A stretch of 64,000 nt of DNA from Planctomycetota bacterium (GTDB lineage: Bacteria; Planctomycetota; Planctomycetia; Planctomycetales; Planctomycetaceae): NCBI GenBank assembly GCA_030836185.1, contig JAURQH010000048.1, positions 44,433 through 108,432 on the forward strand, given 5' to 3'. A model generated the notes under the pieces. The model did not search any database. It was not told the origin of the DNA and worked only from the letters and a program-made list of their open reading frames with translations. Position numbers and translations under genes: made by a program. Below are positions 27,655 through 38,098 of the stretch, one piece after another; the stretch's first letter is position 1; every line of letters starts with the position of its first letter.

Positions 27655-28935
27655 CTACCTTCGAACGATTGTTTGTTCCCGGTCGGGACCGACAGAAACG
27701 ATATCAACCGGCACCTCCAAAATTTCTCCCAACGCCTCGACATATTTACGAGCGTTTTCCGGTAAGTCGTCGTAATTGGTGATTCCCGTGGTGTCGGACA
27801 TCCAACCAGAAATTGTCCGGTAAACGGGTTTGGCAACCGCCAGATCATCCAGATGGCTGGGAAAATCAGTGGTCCGAACTCCGTTGATCTCATAGGCCTC
27901 GCAAATCTGCAATTCCTCCAGACCATCGAGAACATCCAGCAGCGCCACGGCGACGGCATCAACACCACTGATGCGAGCTGAATATCCCGCCGCGACCGCG
28001 TCAAACCACCCACAACGACGAGGACGCCCGGTCACGGTGCCGTATTCGTTGCCTGTATCACGAATGTATTGACCAACCTCGTTATCGAGTTCAGTGGGAA
28101 AAGGGCCTCCACCGACGCGAGTCGTGTAAGCTTTGACAACGCCAATCATTCGGCCGATATGTTTTTCCGGGACGCCGCTCCCATTATGGATTCCGCAACC
28201 AGAACTATTGGAAGAAGTCACAAATGGAAACGTGCCATGATCAATGTCCAACAGGCTTCCTTGAGCACCCTCAAACAACAGCTTCTTCCCTTCCTTGATT
28301 GACCGATGCAGAAATGCCGTTGTGTCGGCAACATGGGGCTTCAGCCTCTCGGCGTAACCCAAATACTCTTCTTCGATCTGTTTCGCATCAAAAGGCTCGA
28401 ACTCGGGATCGAGGGCGGCAATGGCCCGATTTTTGAATTCCACAATCGCTGCCAGCTTGTCACTGAAGGTGTCGCGATATAAATCGCCAACACGAATCGC
28501 ATGAGATCGCCCATACTTTTCCTGGTAACAGGTGCCGATGCCTCGCATCGTCGTCCCGATGGCGGCATCCTTGAGGCTTGCTTCAAGCACACGTTCTTCA
28601 GCCAGATGATAAGGCATGATGACGTGAGCCCGATCACTGATCATCAACTGGTTATTCAGTTCGCCCTTCTGGGAGATGATTTGATCGAGTTCTTTGAGCA
28701 GCGCCTGCGGGTTAATCACAACTCCTCCCGCAATAACCGACGTAATTCCTTCATGAAGAATCCCGGCAGGCAGCAGAGAAAGTTTGTAAGTCTTGCCGTC
28801 AAATTTGACGGTATGGCCGGCGTTGTTCCCACCAAGATAGCGGACGACGATATCGTGTTGATCCGTCAACAGGTCGACCACTTTCCCTTTGGCCTCGTCA
28901 CCCCATTGCAAACCGATGACGGCTGTAGCGCTCAC
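27655..28935 (-). CDS. purA: adenylosuccinate synthase
   Basis: 426 aa with [14 protein letters not shown] (P-loop), [19 protein letters not shown] and [14 protein letters not shown]. Confidence 0.96.
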   Translation of the reverse strand: MSATAVIGLQWGDEAKGKVVDLLTDQHDIVVRYLGGNNAGHTVKFDGKTYKLSLLPAGILHEGITSVIAGGVVINPQALLKELDQIISQKGELNNQLMISDRAHVIMPYHLAEERVLEASLKDAAIGTTMRGIGTCYQEKYGRSHAIRVGDLYRDTFSDKLAAIVEFKNRAIAALDPEFEPFDAKQIEEEYLGYAERLKPHVADTTAFLHRSIKEGKKLLFEGAQGSLLDIDHGTFPFVTSSNSSGCGIHNGSGVPEKHIGRMIGVVKAYTTRVGGGPFPTELDNEVGQYIRDTGNEYGTVTGRPRRCGWFDAVAAGYSARISGVDAVAVALLDVLDGLEELQICEAYEINGVRTTDFPSHLDDLAVAKPVYRTISGWMSDTTGITNYDDLPENARKYVEALGEILEVPVDIVSVGPDREQTIVRR

Positions 28936-29232
28936 GTTGTAAATCCTGATGTGTAAAGTAATTGTGTTCGCGGCTTCGCAGCGCGCATTGAGACGCAGCA
29001 GAACACCTGAAACCGGCGCTCCGCGCAGACGTCAAATGTAACATTTTTCCGACCAGAAAGGGAGTCTCCACCACCCGTTCCGCACATTTTGCAGCGAGAA
29101 ATTTTGGCCTGTTTTCAGGCAACAATCGCCGTAACTCAATAAAGTTCAAATGAACTTCCGTTTTCGGGTGACCACAGCCAGGTCACGCTCGTTTCTACTC
29201 CCGACTCTCCTCTCCATGTCAGGAATTATCAA

Positions 29233-29517
29233 ATGACACGTTACAAAACGACAGTAATTCGTTGCGCAATGATTGCTATGGTCGCCGGACTTTACTTGCA
29301 ATCAACCATGACTCAAAAGGCTGATGCCATTGCCGATGCGGGTACAAGCTCTGGAGCCGCCTGCAACGGTGCCTGCATCGGAGTGTTTGACGATTGCTGG
29401 CAAACTCTCAGTGGAGACCCGTATTACTTTCCTAATTCTTGCTGGACAGCCAAGGATGCTTGTTACGACCACTGCGATGTCTTTGGCTCACCATTCACTT
29501 TGTGGCGGATCTTCTAA
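29233..29517 (+). CDS. small secreted cysteine-rich protein (hypothetical)
   Basis: 94 aa with a signal peptide ending KADA. The ~60-aa mature part has six Cys (AACNGACIGVFDDCW...NSCWTAKDACYDHCD). It stands alone between purA and a sulfatase gene. Confidence 0.45.
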   Translation: MTRYKTTVIRCAMIAMVAGLYLQSTMTQKADAIADAGTSSGAACNGACIGVFDDCWQTLSGDPYYFPNSCWTAKDACYDHCDVFGSPFTLWRIF

Positions 29518-29563
29518 ATCAAAACACAAAAGCATCGCTTAAACTCTGTGCGAAGGAACTGAA

Positions 29564-31303
29564 TCACTCAAGCAACTCGACTTCGGTAAAGTAAGCGCCC
29601 CCCGCTTGACCATCTTCGTTATACAACCACGTGAGAAGTTTTGTTTTCCCTGCGGCAAGATTCATTTCGAATTCGACTCCTTGACTTCCCGGCTCGACCT
29701 TCGATTCTTTTTCCTGACCGGCGATTTGAACTTTGGCACGTAGGGCATTCACGGTTTGATTCGCTTCGATGGGCCATTGCCGGAGAGTCAATCGGTAGCG
29801 CCCGGCCTGTTTCACATCAACCATCCAAGGGCCAGTCACGCGGGGCAGCCGTTTGATTGAGGAAAAATTCCACGGTGGATTGCCGTTAGGCATATACCAA
29901 TCCTGCGAACAAAGGACTGTTCGTTTTTCTGCCGGATTACCAAGGTCAATCGAGACCGGAGTCATGCGAGGAGAGACAGATTCCCAAAAGGGTGTGTAAC
30001 ATGCGCGAAGTGCTTTGACCAAATCGGGGCGTTTTGCAGAGATGTCATGGCGTTGAGCAAGATCTGCGTGGATGTCGTAGAGTTCCTTTCCGTCAATCAG
30101 TCTCCAGTTCTCTTTGAGCACGCATGAGTATTCCCATTTTTGAGGAGAGGAACTGAAGTATGGCCCTCCCTGAAATTGAACGACCAGATGATCGCGGTGG
30201 GGCAGGGCATTGGCATCGCGCAGGCTCTTAGCAAACGATATACCATCAAGAGCGTTCGAATTTGGCAACGGAATCTCACACAGCTCTGCCAAAGTTGGCA
30301 AGACATCAATGTGAGCAGCAAGCGAGTCAAGATCGCGACCGCCGACAAACCCACCAGCAGGCCAATGGATGAAAAAGGGAACGCGATGACCGCCTTCGTA
30401 GACGGAGGACTTCTTTCCCCTCATGCCGGCGTTATAACCTTTGATCGCTTCACTCGTCAGTCCTTCAAACTTCGCTCCATTGGCCGTCCCGTTATCAGTC
30501 ATAAAAATGAGAATCGTATTCTCGGCCAGTTTGAGCGTCTCTAACCGCTCGCGCAGTAACCCCAAGTTGTGGTCGATATTGGCGACCATGCCGTAAAACT
30601 CTGGGCCAGCGCCCCAGTCTGCATGCCCCCGATAAGAGTCACTCCATTTTTTATCAACGCGGTAGGGGCCGTGTGGTGCATTCAATGCCAGATAGAGAAA
30701 AAATGGCTCTGCTTGATTTTGTTCGATAAACTTCAACGACTCGGAAAACCAGACATCGGTGCAATAGCCGTCAAATTTGACGAACTCACCATTTCGTTCA
30801 TAGGTATCATCAAAATAATCGTTGCCCCAGTAATCGGAAGCCTGCCCGACACCGCCACATCGATGCCAAATTGTATGTTGAAAACCGCGATCCTGTGGGC
30901 GATGCGGAGCATTGTCCCCCAGGTGCCACTTGCCACTCATGCCGGTCTTGTAGCCGTTCTCCTCGAACAGATTGGCAATGGTCCGTTCGTCGGTATGTAA
31001 CATGGTGCGTCCCGAACTTGTGCGATACGCGCCGGTTCGAGCGGGATAACGCCCCGTCATTAACGCCGCTCGGGTGGGTGTACAGAACGAACTGACATGA
31101 AAATCGGTGAGCCGGATGGACTCTTGAAAGAGCTGATCCAGATGAGGCGTTTTGAGGATCGGGTTCCCGTGACAAGCCAGGTCACCATACCCTTGATCGT
31201 CGGTCATGATCAGAATGACGTTGGGCCGTTCCGCAGCCGATGAAGAGAATCCAAACCAGTTTGCCAGAAGAATCAGTGTGAACAAACGAAACATCTGATT
31301 CAT
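29564..31303 (-). CDS. arylsulfatase (formylglycine-dependent sulfatase family)
   Basis: 579 aa with a signal peptide. It has RPNVILIMTDDQGYGDLACHGN and the sulfatase signature CTPTRAALMTGR. Confidence 0.9.
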   Translation of the reverse strand: MNQMFRLFTLILLANWFGFSSSAAERPNVILIMTDDQGYGDLACHGNPILKTPHLDQLFQESIRLTDFHVSSFCTPTRAALMTGRYPARTGAYRTSSGRTMLHTDERTIANLFEENGYKTGMSGKWHLGDNAPHRPQDRGFQHTIWHRCGGVGQASDYWGNDYFDDTYERNGEFVKFDGYCTDVWFSESLKFIEQNQAEPFFLYLALNAPHGPYRVDKKWSDSYRGHADWGAGPEFYGMVANIDHNLGLLRERLETLKLAENTILIFMTDNGTANGAKFEGLTSEAIKGYNAGMRGKKSSVYEGGHRVPFFIHWPAGGFVGGRDLDSLAAHIDVLPTLAELCEIPLPNSNALDGISFAKSLRDANALPHRDHLVVQFQGGPYFSSSPQKWEYSCVLKENWRLIDGKELYDIHADLAQRHDISAKRPDLVKALRACYTPFWESVSPRMTPVSIDLGNPAEKRTVLCSQDWYMPNGNPPWNFSSIKRLPRVTGPWMVDVKQAGRYRLTLRQWPIEANQTVNALRAKVQIAGQEKESKVEPGSQGVEFEMNLAAGKTKLLTWLYNEDGQAGGAYFTEVELLE

Positions 31304-31334
31304 GGCAAGATCACTTTATGTTCGGACTCAAATT

Positions 31335-31688
31335 TTACGAGCAAGTCTTATTCTCAAGACCTAGTTTGCGCAGCTTATGAAACATCGCGACAAATCCCTC
31401 TTTGCAAGCATGTGCGAAGCCGTAGGCCACGGCAAGAGCGATTAAGATATCGATCAGCAGTAATTCGTAATGCCAAGCGTCGACACCAGCAAATCCACCA
31501 CGCTCCCTGAACACCAAGGGAAAGCCGATTTGTTCGAACATATCTGTGTGATAGGCTTTCCATGTTCTCGCCAAAGTCAACAAATTCAAACCCACCATGG
31601 CAAGCAATGCGGCCAGAAATCGATAGGCCCAGTATAGACGAGCCGTCTCAGACGAATGGTTTTTGGTCAGATCAGTGGTGTCAGGCAT
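31335..31688 (-). CDS. small membrane protein (hypothetical)
   Basis: The track ORF 31335..31919 is trimmed to ATG at 31688 (MPDTTDLTKN...), because the longer N-terminus reads through REPIN copy 3. It has two or three hydrophobic segments (FLAALLAMVGLNLL, LLLIDILIALAVAYGFA). Confidence 0.5.
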   Translation of the reverse strand: MPDTTDLTKNHSSETARLYWAYRFLAALLAMVGLNLLTLARTWKAYHTDMFEQIGFPLVFRERGGFAGVDAWHYELLLIDILIALAVAYGFAHACKEGFVAMFHKLRKLGLENKTCS

Positions 31689-31742
31689 ATCGGGACTCCC
31701 CCGCAAATTCGAAAAATGACTCGCCAATCTGCAGCAGAAACG

Positions 31743-31820
31743 GTAGCTGGATTCGCAAGAATTCAGATAAAATACCGGGGGGCAAGGTCGAACATCCTGA
31801 ACTCTTGCGAGTCCAGCTAC
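31743..31820 (+). repeat. REPIN-like repeat, copy 3 (same arms, different spacer)
   Basis: The left arm at 31743..31767 is identical to that of copy 2. The right arm CCTGAACTCTTGCGAGTCCAGCTAC (31796..31820) has two substitutions, and the 28-nt spacer is unrelated. It is in the same orientation as copies 1 and 2. Confidence 0.8.
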
Positions 31821-31915
31821 GGACAATGTCGAACACTCTGAACTCTGGTTCGTTGCGGTACGGAGCAATGACTTTCGGAAGCATCCCGTGTGCTTGCGCC
31901 CACGGGCTATCGAAC

Positions 31916-33619
31916 TCACTCCACAAACTCGACCGTCACGTAATACGCGCCGCGGAGCTTGTTATCGCTGCACTCCATCAAGCTCTGCAAAGTCACATTG
32001 CCGACGTTCAGTTTTCGCACAAACTGATAGGCGTTCGCGTCTTCAGTAAGTTCGGCTTTCCAAGCATCATCACCCAACTTAACGCTGATACTCTTTGCAT
32101 CCAGCGGATGATCGACGCCGGGTGCTCTGCGTCGTAAAGTGAAACGATAAAGCCCCGCGCGCTCGGCATACAAATTCCAGACTCCCGAACCGGGAAGATC
32201 TCTTTGGATGTGCGTCTGGTTCCACGGAATCTGCCTTTGATCGACGAGCCAATCGTGAGCCGTGTAGTCGACCGGATTTTGCACTTCTGAACCCACAAAC
32301 AACGGCACAACTTCGTCAAACCGTTCGTCAATTGATTCCCACCATTTGTTGTATTGGTTGGTCAATCGTTTCACGACATTCGGATGACCGGAAGCGACGT
32401 TCGATTTCTGGCCTGGGTCGGCAACAATATCGTAGAGTTCTTTGCCGTTGATGAGTCGCCACTGTTCGGTCATGACGGCCGATTGCTTCCACTTGATCGG
32501 GTTTTCAACCCTTTGAGAGTGGACCGTAATCACTCGTTCTTTCCAGCCCTCCGCTTTGCCTTCCAACAGTGGACGAATCGACTTGCCATCGATGATGCGA
32601 TCTGAGGGGACTTTGAGTCCACAAAAATCAGCCAATGTTGGCAGCATATCAATATGCGCGGTGAGCTGGTCGACATCGCGACCGCCGTACAATTGGCCTT
32701 TCCAATACCAGAAGCAGGGAACACGGTGTCCTCCTTCGTATTCGGAGCCTTTGGCGGCTCGCATGCCGGCATTGAAACCACCGTCTCGACTACCGGCAGC
32801 CGTGCCGTTATCGGTGGTGAAGATGAGCAGCGTATTGTCATCGAGTCCCCATTCGGTCAGTTTCTGACGCATCCGACCGACGTTTTCATCAATGTTAGTA
32901 ATCATGCCGTAAAACTCGGCGCGGGGCGATTTGATGCCCATCTCTTTGTAGGGTTTACTATATTTTTCCGCGACCAAAAACGGTCCGTGAGCAGCGTTCG
33001 TTGGCAGATAGACAAAGAACGGTTTGGACTTACTGTCTTCAATGAAATTCAAGGCATGATCAAAAAAGACATCGGTGCAATAACCGGTCTGTTTTTCGAG
33101 ATGACCGTTGTGCCAATAAGTGTCATCAAAGTAATCGTTACCCCAGTAATCGGGAGTCTGCCCGACTCCACCGCCACCGTGTATGACGACTTCCTTGAAG
33201 CCGCGATCTTGTGGGCGATAAGGATAAGCTTCCCCGAGATGCCATTTACCAAAACAGCCCGTTTGATAGCCGGCATCCAGGAAGACATCTCCCAGCGTCT
33301 GTTCATCTTTGTGCATGATCGACCGCCCCATGATGGTGTGCCAAACTCCCGTGCGAGTGGAATAGCGACCGGTGAGAAGAGCAGAGCGGGTTGGTGAGCA
33401 GGTGGGATCGACGTGATAATCGGTCAGACGAACTGACTCAGAATGGAGTTTATCGAGATGAGGAGTTTTGATTTGCTCATTGCCATGACAGGCGAGATCG
33501 CCATATCCTTGGTCGTCAGTCATGATCAGAATGACGTTAGGTCGTGCCGCTGCTGTGATCGAAGGCATCAACACGCAACAAAATATCGGCAAAGAAATCG
33601 AGCGCAGACGGTCAAACAT
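31916..33619 (-). CDS. arylsulfatase (formylglycine-dependent sulfatase family)
   Basis: 567 aa with a signal peptide. It has RPNVILIMTDDQGYGDLACHGN (the same 22 aa as the paralogue at 29564..31303) and the signature CSPTRSALLTGR. Confidence 0.9.
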   Translation of the reverse strand: MFDRLRSISLPIFCCVLMPSITAAARPNVILIMTDDQGYGDLACHGNEQIKTPHLDKLHSESVRLTDYHVDPTCSPTRSALLTGRYSTRTGVWHTIMGRSIMHKDEQTLGDVFLDAGYQTGCFGKWHLGEAYPYRPQDRGFKEVVIHGGGGVGQTPDYWGNDYFDDTYWHNGHLEKQTGYCTDVFFDHALNFIEDSKSKPFFVYLPTNAAHGPFLVAEKYSKPYKEMGIKSPRAEFYGMITNIDENVGRMRQKLTEWGLDDNTLLIFTTDNGTAAGSRDGGFNAGMRAAKGSEYEGGHRVPCFWYWKGQLYGGRDVDQLTAHIDMLPTLADFCGLKVPSDRIIDGKSIRPLLEGKAEGWKERVITVHSQRVENPIKWKQSAVMTEQWRLINGKELYDIVADPGQKSNVASGHPNVVKRLTNQYNKWWESIDERFDEVVPLFVGSEVQNPVDYTAHDWLVDQRQIPWNQTHIQRDLPGSGVWNLYAERAGLYRFTLRRRAPGVDHPLDAKSISVKLGDDAWKAELTEDANAYQFVRKLNVGNVTLQSLMECSDNKLRGAYYVTVEFVE

Positions 33620-33676
33620 GAAATCTCTTTCCAGTTATTAAAAGCCTCTTGTGAACTGAACACCGCAAACCGAAAA

Positions 33677-34339
33677 CTATTTCTTCTTTTCTTCTTCTTT
33701 CTTCTCAGCGGCGGGCTTTTGTTCCTTCGGTTTCTCTTCTTCCTTCTCGATGCTAACGAAAGCTTCCAATGGCTTGTCGGCAATGAGCGGATAATCGACT
33801 TTATCGACTCCCCGATTGACGTAAGCGTTGGCCAGTGATTTCTCCAGAGCAGACTGACCAGCATCGGTCACTTTCGTCTGCCACAGAAAAACCTTCTTCA
33901 AGCTCTTCATTGATTTGAGAGTTTCAAGCCCCGCATCGGTGATCTCTGTGCCATACAGATTGAGGTATTCAAGGGAATCGAGGCCCGCCAACTGTTTGAG
34001 ACCAGTGTCGGTCACTTTCGTTTTTTCGAGATGTAATTTCTTGAGACTTTTGAGACCTGCGATGTGAGGAAGACCGGCATCGGTGATCTCTGTCCCGCGG
34101 AGATTCAACTCGACGATGTCTGCCGAGCCTTTCAGCAGAGCCAAAGTCTCGTCGGTAATTTTCTTGTCGGAAAGGTGAAACGCAACGGTGAGTTGCGGCG
34201 CATCTTGAGCGACTGGCATCGCTTGCCCACCCGCACTTTCAATCGCCTTGACCAGTTTCGGATCGGCGGCATGAATTGAGGGCAGGGCGGTGGACAAAAC
34301 AAAGGACAAACAAGTCGAGAGCATAATGGTGAATCGCAT
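33677..34339 (-). CDS. secreted leucine-rich-repeat protein with Lys/Glu-rich tail
   Basis: 220 aa with a signal peptide. It has about six 24-aa repeats of the form L..L.L..T.(I/V)TDAGL. The C-terminal tail is EKEEEKPKEQKPAAEKKEEEKKK. Confidence 0.7.
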   Translation of the reverse strand: MRFTIMLSTCLSFVLSTALPSIHAADPKLVKAIESAGGQAMPVAQDAPQLTVAFHLSDKKITDETLALLKGSADIVELNLRGTEITDAGLPHIAGLKSLKKLHLEKTKVTDTGLKQLAGLDSLEYLNLYGTEITDAGLETLKSMKSLKKVFLWQTKVTDAGQSALEKSLANAYVNRGVDKVDYPLIADKPLEAFVSIEKEEEKPKEQKPAAEKKEEEKKK

Positions 34340-34481
34340 GGCGAAATCTCTTCTCCTGGCCGGTCAAATAGGTTGAATTTTGGACGAGGATCGGGCAAGC
34401 CGATCTCTGCATTGAGTATAACGGTAGCGGGCAGTGAATGAAAAGAAATCCGGCGCGACTGATTTAGCACTTATTGCGCAC

Positions 34482-34519
34482 AAAAAAACAGCAACCGAAG
34501 AAATCTCCGGCTGCTGTTT
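34482..34519 (-). terminator. rho-independent terminator for the Gly-rich protein gene
   Basis: On the minus strand the stem AAACAGCAGCCG / CGGTTGCTGTTT (one mismatch) is followed by a T-run (complement of A-run 34482..34488). It lies 24 nt downstream of the stop at 34543. Confidence 0.7.
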
Positions 34520-34542
34520 GGAAAGTTGCGTTTGTCGGCGAA

Positions 34543-34884
34543 TCAGAATCGTAGGCCGATGTTCAAACCACCGCTTCGCAGGCGGAGTCCGCTTTGGTTG
34601 TATCTATTGAATGAGCGGTTGCGGTACCCATTACCGAACGACTGATAGCCGAAATTGTTGTAACTTCGTGGTTGGACGAAATAAGTTGTGCTACGTCGTG
34701 AATACGACCCATATCCACCGCCGCCACCATAACATCCACCGGGAGCAAACGAAGAATTGAATCCCCCACGATTTCCATGTGAGTGTCCGGGACCACCACC
34801 ATGTCTGGGATGAGCGGACGCTGTGGAACTAACGCCAAAAAATGCGACTGCAACAAGCATGGCGGGAAGGGCAATGCGTTTCAT
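34543..34884 (-). CDS. small secreted Gly/His/Asn-rich protein (hypothetical)
   Basis: 113 aa with a signal peptide ending ASA. The mature part is low in complexity (HPRHGGGPGHSHGNRGG, GGGGGYGSY, repeated N/R/Y/F) and ends in F. It has its own terminator. Confidence 0.5.
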   Translation of the reverse strand: MKRIALPAMLVAVAFFGVSSTASAHPRHGGGPGHSHGNRGGFNSSFAPGGCYGGGGGYGSYSRRSTTYFVQPRSYNNFGYQSFGNGYRNRSFNRYNQSGLRLRSGGLNIGLRF

Positions 34885-35231
34885 GATTCTCTCCTAGGAG
34901 TTGTGTCTCAAAGTCGTGCCGCAAAGAAACAAACATTGTTTCAGCATTGCGACCAGGTCTTAAGGTAAATCCGGTTCCCGAGGGATCGCGGACACTCTGC
35001 GCGCAAAGATTTGCAGATTTTTTGACAAATCCGACTCGCACGCCTCCACAAAACGACATATCTCACTACCCTGAAGACACTTACGAGATTCACGCGACAA
35101 AAGATTTTTCTGTCTGTCCATTTCTTACACTCCCAGTGGGGGCAAATCTCTCTCGCAGAGAAACAGCACCTGAGCTACAACTCTCCCACATCGATGCGGC
35201 CCCGCGGCACGACGTAAGTTTCGACCCGATC

Positions 35232-36086
35232 ATGGATTCCTTCAAAATGCCAGCCACAACCCCAGTCCTGCCGCGCGAATCATTCGTGCATCTCATCGGA
35301 CGTGCCGTGACTTCGCTGGTGCAATTGGTGGGAGATATCGGACTGTTTGCTCTGTGCATTGTGCCAAAGCTGTTTCGAGGAGTTCCTTCTTCACGAGTTT
35401 TTGTCCCGCTCTGTTTTCAAATTGGCGTCCGATCCGTCTCGGTGATCATGATCACAGGCGGATTCATCGGTATGGTTTTGGCCGTCCAATCGTTTAACCA
35501 GTTTCGTTTATTGCATATGGAAAACCGTATGGGAGCGATGATCACGCTCTCACTGGTCACGGAACTTGGCCCCGTTTTGGCAGCAACAATGCTCTCTGGA
35601 CGAATCGGCAGTGCCATCGCTGCCGAACTTGGGACTATGAAAGTGACCGAACAAATTGAAGCACTTCGCGCATTAGGTGCAAACCCGGTTCAACACCTCG
35701 TTGTTCCCCGCTTTCTTGCTTGCTTGTTGATGATTCCTCTGCTCACTGCTGTTGCCGATGCCACGGGTATTCTCACAGGGTGGCTTTTCAGCACGGAAAT
35801 CCTGGGGATCAACGGCTTCCATTACTGGCATCACGTCAACAAATTCATCACCGCCTGGGATTTTCTCTCAGGACTGACTAAATCCATCTTTTTCGGCGCC
35901 ATCATTGCGATCATCGCCTGTCACCGAGGATTCCATAGCGAAGGGGGAGCCGAGGGTGTCGGACGTGCGGCAACAGAAGCTTTTGTTTATTCCTTCGTAA
36001 CAATTCTCGTGGTGGATTTCTTCTTGGGTGTATTTTCCAACAACTTGTATTACCTGATCTGGCCGAACCCTCTTGTGACCGGGTGA
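35232..36086 (+). CDS. mlaE: MlaE-family ABC transporter permease
   Basis: The track ORF 34947..36086 is trimmed to ATG at 35232. The ~284-aa product has the MlaE-type pattern: GPVLAATMLSGRIGSAIAAELGTMKVTEQIEALRALG and multiple TM segments. Confidence 0.85.
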   Translation: MDSFKMPATTPVLPRESFVHLIGRAVTSLVQLVGDIGLFALCIVPKLFRGVPSSRVFVPLCFQIGVRSVSVIMITGGFIGMVLAVQSFNQFRLLHMENRMGAMITLSLVTELGPVLAATMLSGRIGSAIAAELGTMKVTEQIEALRALGANPVQHLVVPRFLACLLMIPLLTAVADATGILTGWLFSTEILGINGFHYWHHVNKFITAWDFLSGLTKSIFFGAIIAIIACHRGFHSEGGAEGVGRAATEAFVYSFVTILVVDFFLGVFSNNLYYLIWPNPLVTG

Positions 36087-36098
36087 CGATCTTTTTTC

Positions 36099-36902
36099 AT
36101 GAACTCCAATACTACCCCCATCCTGGAACTCCGAAACGTCTCGCGACAGTTTGGATCGCAGCATGTTCTGAGAGACATTACGCTGGCGATTCATCCAGGT
36201 GAGACATTAGTGATCATTGGTGAAAGCGGATGCGGGAAAAGTGTCACCATGAAGTTGTTGATGGCATTGCTCAAGCCAACTTCGGGAGATGTTCTGTGGA
36301 GCGGGAACCTTGTCAATACGCTGAAAGAACGCGAAATCTCGCAACGACGACTCAAATACGGTTACCTGTTTCAGGGGGCCGCCTTGTTTGACAGTCTCAA
36401 TGTTTTTGAAAATATCGCCTTCGGTTTGAGGCAAAACACAGACCTGAAAGATCAACAAGTCCACGACATTGTTGTTCAACGACTTCAGGATGTTGGCTTA
36501 CCTGAAAATGTCTGTCAACAGAAACCTTCCGAACTGTCGGGGGGCATGAAAAAACGTGTCGGTCTTGCACGAGCCATGGCGTTGGATCCACAGGTCATGT
36601 TCTTTGACGAACCGACAACGGGCCTCGACCCCATCATGAGCGATGTGATCAACGAACTCATCCTGCGAACGGCCCGCCAGCGCAATGTCACCAATGTTGT
36701 CGTGACTCACGATATGCGAACTGTTGAACGTGTGGCCGACCGAGTGATCATGTTTTACCCTTTGGCAAGAATTGGATCCGAAGATTCACAAATCGTTTTT
36801 CGGGGTACCAAAAAAGAACTGTTTGACTGCGAGAACCCGTCAGTCAGCCAGTTTGTTCGAGGAGAAGCGGGTGCCCGGATTGAAGAACTGAACGCCGCTT
36901 AA
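36099..36902 (+). CDS. mlaF: ABC transporter ATP-binding protein (MlaF-like)
   Basis: 267 aa with Walker A GESGCGKS, the signature [14 protein letters not shown] and Walker [13 protein letters not shown]. It starts 12 nt after the permease gene. Confidence 0.9.
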   Translation: MNSNTTPILELRNVSRQFGSQHVLRDITLAIHPGETLVIIGESGCGKSVTMKLLMALLKPTSGDVLWSGNLVNTLKEREISQRRLKYGYLFQGAALFDSLNVFENIAFGLRQNTDLKDQQVHDIVVQRLQDVGLPENVCQQKPSELSGGMKKRVGLARAMALDPQVMFFDEPTTGLDPIMSDVINELILRTARQRNVTNVVVTHDMRTVERVADRVIMFYPLARIGSEDSQIVFRGTKKELFDCENPSVSQFVRGEAGARIEELNAA

Positions 36903-36940
36903 TTTCTATTTTCGATTGCAAATAACCAAACTGAATATCC

Positions 36941-38095
36941 ATGAACGAACGCAAACTCCATTTCTGGGTTGGACTCTTCTGCCTCTCCGTCATGACAATG
37001 ATTGGCCTGATGGTCTTTCAATTCGGCAAACTCGGTCAACACTTTCGTCCACGCTACCCAATTGCGATCCATTTTGAAGAGACCCCCGGTCTGTTCAGTC
37101 GATCGCCTGTGATGATGAACGGCCTGACGATTGGAGTCGTCTCTGACGTGGAACTCGACGACCAACGCGGTGGTGTCCTCGTAACTGCTGAGATCGAAGA
37201 GAAGTTCAAACTCCGTCAAGACACTGAAGTTCATCTTAGAAAATCGCTACTCGGAGATGCCTCACTCGAATTCACGCCGGGTTTGAGTGCTGAATGGCTT
37301 GAGCCTGGGGCGATGTTGTCTGGAAACCCACCTTCCGATCCGTTTGAAGTGGTCAACCAAATGCAGACAGAAGTGACAAAAACACTTCGTGCCTTTAACG
37401 AAACATCCACCGAGTGGAAGCAAGTTGCCAGCAACATGAATCGCCTGATCGAAACCAAAGAAGGAAATCTCGATCAGGTTCTGGAACAAACAGTTCTTTC
37501 GCTCAGTGAATTCACACAGACAATGAAGAAAGCAAGTGACACCTTGCTCGTCGCGCAGAGCCTGTTGGGGGATCCTGAAAATCAGGCCAATCTCAAAAAG
37601 ACTCTCGCCGCATTGCCCAGACTGACCGAAGAAACAGGACGTACAATTGCCACGGTCAAAGCGACCGTCGAAACCATCAATCAGGCAGCGGGCAAGATTG
37701 ATCAAAACCTGGCGAATCTGAACGAAGTGACGAAACCTCTGGCTCAACACAGCAAGAGTATCATCATTCGTCTCGACAGTTCACTCGCCAATCTACAATC
37801 CGTCACGAAAGAGCTGGACACCTTCGTCAAATTGACGAACACCGAAGAAGGGTCACTACGAAAACTGGCCGTTGACCCCGAATTGTATGACAATTTGAAT
37901 CGTTCAGCGATTCAGTTAGCAATCCTGCTGAAGAATGCCGACCCACTGGTCAAAGACTTACAAATCTTTAGCGATAAAATCGCCCGCCACCCCGAACTGA
38001 TCGGAGTCGGCGGAGCATTGAAAGGCAGTTCGGGCCTCAAAGACGAACAAGAAGTCGACCAAATCACTCGCAAGCCGGGACTGTTTGGAAACTGA
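36941..38095 (+). CDS. mlaD: MlaD/MCE-family substrate-binding protein
   Basis: 384 aa with an N-terminal TM anchor. The MCE domain segment is VMMNGLTIGVVSDVEL, followed by a long helical C-terminal region. It is the third gene of the Mla-like operon. Confidence 0.8.
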   Translation: MNERKLHFWVGLFCLSVMTMIGLMVFQFGKLGQHFRPRYPIAIHFEETPGLFSRSPVMMNGLTIGVVSDVELDDQRGGVLVTAEIEEKFKLRQDTEVHLRKSLLGDASLEFTPGLSAEWLEPGAMLSGNPPSDPFEVVNQMQTEVTKTLRAFNETSTEWKQVASNMNRLIETKEGNLDQVLEQTVLSLSEFTQTMKKASDTLLVAQSLLGDPENQANLKKTLAALPRLTEETGRTIATVKATVETINQAAGKIDQNLANLNEVTKPLAQHSKSIIIRLDSSLANLQSVTKELDTFVKLTNTEEGSLRKLAVDPELYDNLNRSAIQLAILLKNADPLVKDLQIFSDKIARHPELIGVGGALKGSSGLKDEQEVDQITRKPGLFGN

Positions 38096-38098
38096 CTT

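Noticed and set aside
33680-33760. Polypyrimidine (TTCTTC...) low-complexity tract
   Set aside because: It is the coding sequence (minus strand) of the Lys/Glu-rich C-terminal tail of the LRR protein, not an independent repeat or regulatory tract.
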